From Yuukianura sp. NJ FZ-2021 (Eukaryota): a stretch of DNA of 64,000 nt. Location of the stretch: contig CM102289.1 in NCBI GenBank assembly GCA_046563655.1, forward strand, positions 9,300,001 through 9,364,000, written 5' to 3'. The notes under the pieces were generated by a model. It ran no database searches. It was not told the origin of the DNA and saw only the letters and a program-made list of their open reading frames with translations. Both the position numbers and the translations under genes were made by a program. Positions 12,026 through 22,147 of the stretch are shown here, piece after piece; positions within the stretch are counted from its first letter, which is position 1; each line of letters begins with the position of its first letter.

Positions 12026-13413
12026 ATGCTCCTAGAAATTTTAATATTTTCAGTTACCGTATTCCTGCTTCTTGTCATCAATGACGTTAAGAAGAGGGCA
12101 CAAAAAGTTTCCCAAGACATTACCGGTCAACACATTGTTGTAAGTAAAAAATAACCGGTGTACTCTTTATACTGGATTTACTAAGTTCTAATTTCTGTCG
12201 TCCCATTTAGATTACTGGTGGTTCCAGTGGAATCGGGAAGGAAATTGCTTTCTTGGCAGCAAGGAGAGGAGCCAATGTCACAATTCTTGCAAGAGACATT
12301 GCCAAATTGAATACTGCTTGCACACAAATTCAAGAACATCGTAAATCCCATAATCAGAAGATCAATTTTTTCAAAGGTACTTACATGGTGAACTAAAGTT
12401 TAGCAATGTCTAATTTTTTCCCTATGCATTATTCCAGTTGACGTTACAAACTATGAAGAGACTGAATCTGTAATGAATCGATGTGAAATTGAAATCGGAC
12501 CAGTAGATATCCTCATCAATTGCGCTGGTTACGCTTATGCTGGGAAGCTAGAAGACATTCCTTTGACTCATATTCGCGTAAGACTAAATACTACCAAGTA
12601 TCCTCCGGTGTTGATACATAACGTTCCTGTTTCAGGGCATGATGGAGATCAACTACCTGGGAGCACTGCATGCCACAAGAAGTGTCCTACCATCAATGAA
12701 GTCCAACAAAAGAGGGAAAATTGCTTTAGTGTCGTCAGTTGGTGGTCTAACGGGACTTTATGGCTATACTGCTTATGCTGGATCCAAGTTTGCCCTTCGA
12801 GGTTTCGCTGAAGCTCTGCAAATGGAAGTGAAGCCGTTTAATATCAGCGTTACGCTGGCATTCCCAGCGGATACTGACACGCCGTGCTTCGAAGAGGAAA
12901 ACAAAACGAAACCACTAGAGACTAAGCTGATAAGCGAAACTGCTGGAGTTCTGCAACCTGATAGAATGGGACGAGTGATCTTTGAGGATACCTTGGTTAG
13001 TCCATCTATTCGATTAATCGATTTCATCAATTAATTCACTGTTTCAAAATATCTAGCTTCTGTTTTTCATATTTTTGATCAGGCGGAGGATTTCTTTAGC
13101 ACTACGGGTTTTGATGGAACTGTTGTGACTATCGCTTGTGCCGGTATGTCTCCGATGTCTTCGTTTTTAGGACTCGTGGCTCAGGTGAGATTGTCTCTTT
13201 CTCCATAACTTACATTAGTAGTTATGTAATCATGTTATAAAACGACCTAAACTAACCTTACATTAACATAATCTAAGCTAATTCGTGTGCTACTTGGTGT
13301 AGGTGCTGTTACAGGGTCCTCTTCGTCTAGTATCGTTGGGATATCTTTGTTACTTCAACCGAATTGTACAACGGTGTTCGAAGGAGAAAGAGTCGCAGAA
13401 GAAGTCAGAGTAA
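12026..13413 (+). CDS. KDSR: 3-ketodihydrosphingosine reductase (SDR family)
   Basis: N-terminal hydrophobic anchor, ITGGSSGIG, NCAG, YAGSK (YxxxK), FPADTDTPCFEEENKTKPLETKLISET, and a C-terminal hydrophobic segment. Stop at 13411-13413. Confidence 0.92.
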
Positions 13414-14982
13414 AGAAGTGTTTGGGCGCAATTTCAAGATGCGAAGTACATTCAAGGAAGTACATCCATTTTCCCAACCTAAACTCAATTGAAGGACCAG
13501 TATCATTCGACTTATAACTGTGGCGGAGCTTATACATGTATGTCTTATACGTTAGCATTTGATTCCATTTATTTATTTACGTGTAAGATTTCTCAAGGTT
13601 TACAGTTCCGGTGTTCAAATCGATTCCCTCTAATTAATTTGTTATTTGTGATTCCTTACTAATTATGTTCGTTATGACCTTGAGACTGGATAATTCAGAT
13701 TCCAGAATAATGTCTAAAATCTATCTTACTTCAACTTAAATTAAAAACTAAAGTAATTTCAATTGTTCTTTTGATTTTTTGCAACAGGAAACCCAGTTGT
13801 AGTGATTAATTCTGAGGTCGTTGCATCTTTACACAGAAGTTTACCTTGCTTTTTATACTAATTGCTACGTATCTTCCGGTATCACTTGACCTTTGACTTG
13901 TCTGTCTAATGGTCAACAGGAGCTAAAAAGTACTAAAAAGCTGAGTTATCAGTAATTGCAGACCTTTGTCCTGGTGCAGTCCAAAGGTCAAGGTCATGAT
14001 GATGATTATGAAATGAAGAGCTGACACGGTCATATTTTTTATAGTTTTGTTGTGTGACGATGTATTGTGCTCAGGTGAAATGTACATCAGATTGTCCGTT
14101 CACGCAGTGAAACTTTTTGTGCAGCAAAAATGTTTCTGCTGCTTTTTTTCTGGAACTGTGATGCTTGCCTTTAGCCTGTGTTATTTATGAAGGTGATGCT
14201 TTTGCTTTTACTTTATATTAAAATTGAAATATACTTCCCTAGAATTATACAATAGGTAATACATAACAACAAATATGTTTTTTTTTTGCTAAAACTTAAA
14301 ATCTGCATCTTTGGTCACTTTTTGTTTCGTGTGAATATACGATGTTGTCTATTGCGGAAAATGAAGGACAAACACAAGAACAACAAAACAAGTTTAGCCA
14401 TTGGATTTCGCATTTGACGCAAATATTACCTCACTTCATCAAGCATCATCAACAATTCACAACAATCAGTTTTTAATGACTCCGTAATGAGTCTACTACT
14501 ATAGTTTTGTGTTGTTTTCTAACGTAATCCACCAGTTATCTAAGTTTGTACTTCCAATTTAATTATAAACTGCTCTTACCTTGGTCAACATCCATTTCAT
14601 TCCACGCCGCAACTTTTGAGTGGCTTTTGTCCTCTTTTTTGAACTTTGGCTCCCTCGTGTACGTTTTCATTTCAAGTTTGTCTGTGTTTTTTTGTAGTGG
14701 CTTGTGTGTTGTGCATATCGGATGACATTGAGATTAGAAAATTAGTGTCGGATATTATCTTAATCCGGCAGTCAAAGATCGCACTATCTCCTTCTCCAGC
14801 TTCAATTCAGTTCCGGAACGTGTCCAGGCTGGACAGCATTGTTAAGCGTCAGTTGTCACAGTAGAGTAGAAGGGGGAGGTTGTTTAACTTTTTTTTTTTG
14901 TTAAGTTTAACTTTTTTGTTAAGTTTAACTTTTTTGTTAAATTTAGCAGTACTTAGTTAAGTTTAGCAGTTAGAAAGTTGAA

Positions 14983-17536
14983 ATGAAGTGTTCTTCGGTA
15001 ACCAAGTTCGTCATTGGTTCTGTGATTCTTTTACAAATTTTGAAACCGACCAATGGTACCGCGGGAGAAAAGACGTCGACCAATGGGGACGCTGACCAAG
15101 ACGAAGTGCTACGACCTTGGGACATCTTCATACTGTAAGGTCAACTTTTGACCTTAAACTTTAGGGCCAACTTGTCCTAAAAACTGACCTTAAACTTTAA
15201 GGTCAAATTTGTAATGAACAAGTGACCTTAAACTTAAGGTCAACTTTGACCTTAAACGTTAAAAAAGTTGAACTTATTTTTAGTTATGAACTGATTAAGT
15301 TATAATCAATGCGTTTTTTTTTCTAGATGCATTTTGGGTGTTTTGGTTCTGATCAGCGTCGTGTCACTGCTGTGGAAATGGGAAAGGCTGGAGAGGAAGA
15401 AAAGTGAGAAGAATTTTCAAATTTTCCTGAAAAAAATTTTGTTTTTAAATTTTGATTTTTCATTTTTTTTTCCAGATTGTGGTAGTCGTTTCTTGGCTTG
15501 TTTTTCGCTCAAACGGAACGTGTTGTTGTGGTTGAATCCGACCGAGTGCGAGTCATTTCCGGTTGTAAATGGAATGCTGTTTCTCAGTGTCGCTTGGATC
15601 ATGTTGGCCAATACTTGGGAACTCCCGTTTATGTCCTACTACTTTCCTGAAGTTAGCAACACGACATCCCAAATGGTAAGTTTTTCAAAAAACTGGAATG
15701 AAGTTTTCGAAATTTCAATTTTTGTGAAAAACATTTTTGGGTTTTAGGACCATACAGACTGGTCTCTGCTGTTGATAACCAATGGAAAACTGGGGATGGA
15801 CACTCTATTTACAATTACTGGCATCACTGTAGCTTATAATGTGCTCAAGGAACTGGATTTCAGCGATGGACGCGGTGGACTCTCGTATCTCTACGTTCAA
15901 ATCCTGTTGCGGTGAGATCTTAGCATTTTCATAATCAAAAATCAATTTTCGAAATGAATTTTCAAAATTTTATGAAATTTTTGACAGACTGACGCCGATT
16001 TACCTGCTGGTGATTGGAATCATGGCGACAGTTTTTCGATTTTTTGGTGACGGGCCACTGACAAGCTTCATTCATCATGCAAGTAAAAATTGTGCTGCCA
16101 ATGGCTGGAGAAATTTCCTGTACATCAATAATTTTGGAAATCCTAACATGGAGAGTATGGTACGAAATCCAAAATTTTGAAAAAAGTGAATTTTGGCAGA
16201 TTTTTTGAAAAAATGTTGTTTAAAACTTTCAGTGCCTTCCAGATTCTTGGTACTTTGCAGTTGAAATGCAGTTTTTGGTGTTTGCCCCACTTCTGGTCTG
16301 GATTTTATGGAAATTTCGAAAAACGGGTTTCGGAATCCTGACTTTTTTGATTCTCGCGTCAGTCGCAGTTCCAGCAGTCGTCACATACTTAAACAAAATG
16401 CTTCCAACTGTGATTCCAACACGAGAGTAAGTCCAAAGTTCAAATTCAAAATTTAAAATTTTGAAATCATAAAAACTTTGTTGATTTTGAACAGTTACGA
16501 AGAGTACTTTACTGACTTTTACATCCTGCCGTGGAACCGTGCAAGTCCTTTTCTAGTTGGACTTGTGTGTGGATACTTTCTGCGCAGAAGTAGAAAAACT
16601 TTCAAGTTGTCTCTGCCTCTCGTATGTGCTGGATGGATTCTGTCCACTTCTGTTGCTCTTTTAGTGATCTTTGGACTATTTCCATACTACAATCCAAATA
16701 TCAACATTCCCGAAGCAGAAGCAGCTACTTACGCTGGATTTCATCGGTTGGCGTGGGGAGTCACGGTGTGCTGGATTGTATTTGCCTGTTCCAGGCACCG
16801 TGGAGGCTGGATTGGAACGTTCCTGTCATGGTCATTCTTTGGTCCGCTTGGAAAAGTGTCCATGGCAGCATTTCTAGTGGCACTTCCAGTACAATTTGTA
16901 CATCACTTCCAAATTCAACCTGTACTCTACCTAGATACTTACACTAAGGTATGAAACACACTGATTCTTTGAAAAAGTTCTTAAAATGGGAAAAAATTCT
17001 GAAGTTTTACAAATTTTGAAGATTTGCTTTTTTTGTTAATTTAGATTAATCTGTTCATTGCTGACCTAGTGATGACCTACTTAGTTGCTACTTTGCTCAT
17101 GCTGATCCTTGGATTTCCGTTCCAGCATTTCGGAGATTTTCTGAAACCCAGAGGTAATTGATTAATTGATTAATCAATAATTAATCAATTAATTGTAAAA
17201 CTGATTAAGAATGTTAGTACTATGTGTTTTAGGAAAAGAGGAGGATGACCTTGACCTGGATGGTCTTGAAATGAAACGCAAGGCTGAGAGATACGGAATC
17301 TACTATAACACGGAAGTCTCCGTTTGTATGAACGCAAAACGTAAGGAATTGTCAAATTGTTAAAAAGTTGTTCTAAAAATTTTCTAAAAAGTTTTTAATT
17401 TTTTAATTTGTTCAATTTTATTTTTGAAGGAAATCCGGGTAGATCCAGAAACGGTGCCATCCAGTATCCGCGTCGAGAGCGTTATGGAATTTACTATGAT
17501 AATGATGTTTCTATTTCAATGGAAAGAATCAAATAA
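14983..17536 (+). CDS. NRF-6-like / acyltransferase-3 family O-acyltransferase, multi-exon
   Basis: Motifs CFSLKRN, NGMLFLSVAWIMLANT, DTLFTITG, RLTPIY, C..NGWRNFLYINNF, SWYFAVEMQF, YILPWNRASPFLVG and GGWIGTFLSWSFFGPLGKVS are typical of NRF-6/OacA-type proteins. Confidence 0.88.
15136..15256. repeat. Intronic degenerate repeat containing seven AGGTCA/TGACCT half-sites
   Basis: AAGGTCAACTTT(T)GACCTTAAACTT units are repeated in direct and inverted arrangement. Confidence 0.7.
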
Positions 17537-18197
17537 GAAAAAAAGTGAAGATAAAGTATATTTTCAAATTGATATATTTATATTGATTATAATTTCTACA
17601 GTTGTTGGTTAAGAAGTCTTCGAAAAGCAATAAAAAGTTTAGTCTTTTGTCGGAAGTCTAAAAAAGTTGAACACTGTTATAGAGAAAATTTTAGTTGAGA
17701 ATTTAAGTTTTGGTCCATTGTCATCATAGAGTTGTCATAGCTTATCCATGTCCAAGGTCAACTTGAACGATAATCATAGTGTTATAGCTTTGGTTGTGTT
17801 TACAGAGGTGCTAGAACAAAAAATTTCCAGATTTTCCATGTGATGTGTAGAAACTATTCACTAAATTCTGAAAGTTTTAATTTTGTTTCAAGAACATAGA
17901 GTAAATCCTTGTTTTATGAAAATTTTGTAAGTGTTTAACCTCTAACACATACAAAATGCAATTTCAGCAGCAATTTCAACCTAGAAATGAGTTGAAACTA
18001 CTTTGAAAAAAACTGAAATCAGAAAATCCTAGATTCGTAAGCAAAATTTTGAACTAACCAAAAGTAATCTTACTTGTTCTTGATTTGTCAAAACGTGAGA
18101 CTCTTGAGTGTTAAAAGTATGTCAACTTTTAACACTTTGAGTTTTTTTTTGTTTGAATTTTAGGTTTCACATTTTTAGTTAGTAACTTGGAAGAATC

Positions 18198-20492
18198 ATG
18201 GAGGATTTACGGAGGCAGACATCGCTGGAACGCTGCAAATCAGCGATTTCGAATTGCTTTCCAATTCTTGTATGGTTTCCAGCGTACAGTCACAAAGACA
18301 TTTTTGGAGATTTTGTGGCTGGAATCAGCGTGGCAATGGCTGCAATTCCGCAGTCAATGGCCTATGCTGTGCTGGCTGGAATCAGACCACAGGTACAATG
18401 TACAAAAAATTAAGAAATTTTCAAATTTCAAATTGAAATTTTGAAATTGGGGTTGAAATTATAAATTTTTTGGTAGTACGGACTCTACTCATCGTTTCTG
18501 GGTCCATTTGTGTACATTTTCATTGGAAGTTGTCGTCAAGTTACAGTTGGACCAACAGCAGTCAGTGCTCTTCTGGCTTATGAAACTTGTGGAAACAATT
18601 TTCCGGATTGTGTCGTCCTCACGGCATTCTACGCTGGAGTTATTCAAATATTGTTGGCCATTTTTCAGTTAGGTGAGCTATGCGTTTTTGGATTTCAACA
18701 TTTTCAAAATTTTGAATTTTGAAAATTTTTAGGAAACCTAGTTGCGTTGATCTCTGATCCAGTCACGGCTGGATTTACGAGTGGAGCTGCTCTGACCATA
18801 GCGTCGTCACAACTCAAAAGTTTTTTCGGATTTAGTTCTACCAAGGACACAAAATTTTTGGGCTATCTGGAAGCCGTTTTTGAAAATTGGAGCTCAATTT
18901 CGGTTGGTGATGTGACCATGGGAGTGTTGTGTTTACTAACGTTATTTGCCCTTCAGGTACGTCCGTCCGTTACTACTTTTTAAATAGTTTTCGAATTATT
19001 TAATTATTAAATTACATTATATTAATTATAATATTATAATTTAATATAAAAAAAATTAAATCATTTTTTATTTTATTTTTTTTTTAAATTTTGAAACAGA
19101 ATCTGCGCTTCCTGATTTGCTCCGACCGACTGAATGCTGCTCAGCAGTACTTTTTAGAAAAATTTCTGTGGGCAATTTCCGTATGCAGGAATGTGATAGT
19201 CGTGGTGACTGCTTCCGTCGTCGCCTATTTCTGGGTACAATCTCAACCGCCACCTTTTAAACTAATCGGGTTTGTAGAACCTGGCTTACCGAAACTCAGC
19301 GTTCCAAAGTTTGCACTGGAAGACAAATGGGCTGGAAACGGCACTGGAACGGAGACGTTGACCTTTGTAGAAACTCTGGGTCACTTGGGATCTGGTCCAG
19401 CGCTGATCGCTTTAGTAGCGATTCTTCAGAATGTTGCTATCACCAAAGCATATGGAAGTGGACAAAGGATTAACGGAAATCAGGAAATGATTTCATTAGG
19501 TGTGACTGCGATTCTCGGAGGATTCATTTCTGCCCAACCAGTTTCAGCTTCGTTTTCAAGGTCAGCACTCAATGATGCCAGTGGTGTGAGGTCACAGATC
19601 AGTGGAAGTTTTACAGGTACGAACTAATATGTTATAAAATTTTCAAAAAATGAAATGTTATTTCAAAATTTTGAGTTTTATTTTAGGATTGGCCATTATC
19701 CTGTCGCTGCTGTTTTTCACGCCGGCATTTTACTTTATTCCAAGAGCAACGCTTGCTGCTGTGATAATTTCCGCTGTACTTGTCATGGTTGACGTTCGGA
19801 TTGTTTTCAAAATGTGGAAAGTTTGTCGTAAGTACTATCTGTTATGGGTTTGGGGCGAACCCCAGCACGCTTTGGCAGCATGCTGTGATGCTAACGGGGT
19901 TTGGGCGAAGCCCCAGCACGTACGCATACCATGCTAGTTTTGTTGTTTTTTATGCTTTTCGTTTTTGTTTTCAGGAATTGACATTGTTACCTACGCAGTT
20001 ACGTTTCTGTCGTCCCTGCTCTTCAGCATGGAAGTCGGGATTGGCTTTGGGGTTGGTTGCAGCATATTTATATTCCTGTACAAATTCGTCCGTGCCAAAT
20101 TTGTTCCAGAGGTCAGAAGTGACGAAGAGGATCCACTTCTTCAGTACGTCGTTCTCCGATGTCCGCAAGGTCTGAACTTCCCGGATGTTGACGCTCTTCG
20201 GAAGTATGTCAATACTTATACTCTCAAGTACTCGTCAACACATCCAATACTAGTGCTGGATTGTCTCAAGTGGCACTCGTTTGACTACACTGGACTAGCA
20301 GCGATTTCTTCTATGATCAAAGCCAGTGCTAGAAGGGGTTCAGCCATTGTACTTTTGCACTGTTCGCTGGAATTTCAAAACGGACTCAAACGTTGTGGAA
20401 TCAGTGACGAGGAAATGGTTAGAATCGTATGTGATAACGAAAATCAACTTCCTAGTCTAGTCAAAAAAATTAAAAGTGAACTCAATTGTTAA
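18198..20492 (+). CDS. SLC26/SulP anion transporter (SLC26A11-like) with C-terminal STAS domain
   Basis: GDFVAGISVAMAAIPQSMAYAVLAG, YGLYSS, VGPTAV, ISDPVTAGFTSGAA, NQEMISLG, SASFSRSALN, IPRATLAAVII, and the STAS segment LVLDC..FDYTG. Confidence 0.93.
19838..19937 (+). mobile_element. 100-bp mini-Helitron inside an SLC26 intron
   Basis: A|TC 5' end and CTAG|T 3' end. Two copies of the GC-rich hairpin GGGTTTGGG(G)CGAA(G)CCCCAGCACG, the second about 15 nt before CTAG. Confidence 0.65.
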
Positions 20493-20971
20493 TGTACTTA
20501 TATTATTAACGATTATTTACGAAATGAAATATGAAAATCCGATTTATCAGTGATTTAGAACGTACTGTTCTGTTTTTGGGGCAAATTGAGACGAATTTGA
20601 AATTGCGTCCTTCGTGGCGGGAATTTGAAATTTTCTTTTCCTTTGAAAAAATTACTTCTCTCTTTCTTTCTTTGTCTCTTTCTCTCTTTCATCTTTGTTC
20701 TTTTCTTTCATTTCTTCTTATGTCTGTCTCCGTCTTGGGTAATCGGTTCGATTAATCGTGATTAGTTAACTGAAGGTGAAGGGGATTATCGAGAGGTCAT
20801 TGTTGTTACCCGGTCTATCGAGTCTCGTTGTCGCAAATATCGCTGAACACTTCAACGTTGCTGAACAATTCAAGGTAATAATTGAATCAAGTATTATATT
20901 AGTTTTAAGTTCTGGAACTCTCGATGTTAATCTTGTCGGTTGCTTTTCGGTATTTCTGAAGGTAATTGAAC

Positions 20972-21876
20972 ATGGGGTGGCTAGTAACGGCGATTGCAGC
21001 AGGATTAATCATGGCCAAGCTTTGGTCGTCATGTGAAATGTCACCGTACAAGTCATCCGTTATCACGAAAAGGAATCAAGACGAAGACATTGACCAAGCA
21101 GCAGCGACATTTACTCGAGGTCAAATCCACTACTTGAGCATGGATGCTGGAATGTCTAGTTGTTGGAACGATACTGTCAAGAAGCTGTTTGGTCTGGCCT
21201 GTCCAAAGTTAGTGAATGGTGGTCATCCGGAATTGGAAGTCGAATTGGCTTACATTCTAACTTCCTGTTTCTGTATGTCCATTGGAGCTCCACCATTACA
21301 TTGTCGGTCCCAAAGTCCGCGTGACACTGACGAATACTACCATTTCTCGCTAATTGAGTGTGCCACTGAAAAATGTTTCAACAAGTATGACATGGATGGA
21401 TTCGAAATCAATCACCGCCGAATTAAAGATGTCTGTCACTACCTCCTGGCAGAAACGAAATCAGAACTCAAGGAACCGTAAGTTTGTTGTAATCAATTCC
21501 AGCAACAAATCGAATGTTTATTAACGTTTTATCACATTCCAGGATTCCTTACATTGACGACAAAGAGTTGGCAGCTTTGGACAAAGTTGTTAGTGGGGAT
21601 CATTTTCAACATTTTGACACAAAACTTCACTTATTATTGGACATTGTCACTCAAGAGATAAAAACACGGCAAGAAGGGATGTAAGTGCACTATTCAAATT
21701 ATAATTTATATTAAATTCTAAAAATTACGAAGTTTGCCCAAATATTACAATTTTTTTGTATGATCGTTTTTAGAATGTATTGGATTTCGCAGCAATTTGA
21801 AAGCTTTTGGCTTATAGTGGATGACATTAAGTTCAAACTACGTATCGGGACCTACGCCGACATACCTTACTACTAA
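20972..21876 (+). CDS. GEX1/KAR5/Brambleberry-like Cys-rich domain protein, about 248 aa; exons 20972-21477, 21543-21680, 21774-21876
   Basis: A signal/anchor sequence is followed by SCW-x8-L..C-x13-LAYILTSCF...IG....C...C...F....VCHYL, which resembles the KAR5/GEX1 CRD pattern. Canonical splice sites keep the frame to TAA at 21874-21876. Confidence 0.62.
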
Positions 21877-22070
21877 AAGTTAGTGAGCAAACTTTATTTA
21901 GCACAAGAAAAAAATTATGGCTACAAGTTCAGGTAAAAAATATAAATTTTTATCCTTCATCTTCTAAATCTAGCCAGCTCGATATCACTCTAGCCGACTC
22001 CACTCTTCGTCTTTTTTGCCCATGAACTTGATATTTCTTGAATATTTGTTAACTATTGGAGCTTCTTGTT

Positions 22071-22147
22071 CCGGTTATCCTGATATTCGATTATCCAGAT
22101 CACATGTTATCCTGATATCCGGGTATCCCGATATCCTGATACCCTGA
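22071..22147. repeat. Short degenerate tandem repeat (TATCCTGATA-like) just 3' of the 875-aa gene stop
   Basis: GTTATCCTGATATTCGATTATCCAGATC...GTTATCCTGATATCCGGGTATCCCGATATCCTGATACCCTGAT. Confidence 0.6.

Noticed and set aside
17155..17200. AT-only palindromes (TTAATTAA/ATTGATTAATCAAT) here and in many other introns
   Set aside because: Low-complexity and ubiquitous in this window, so not distinctive.
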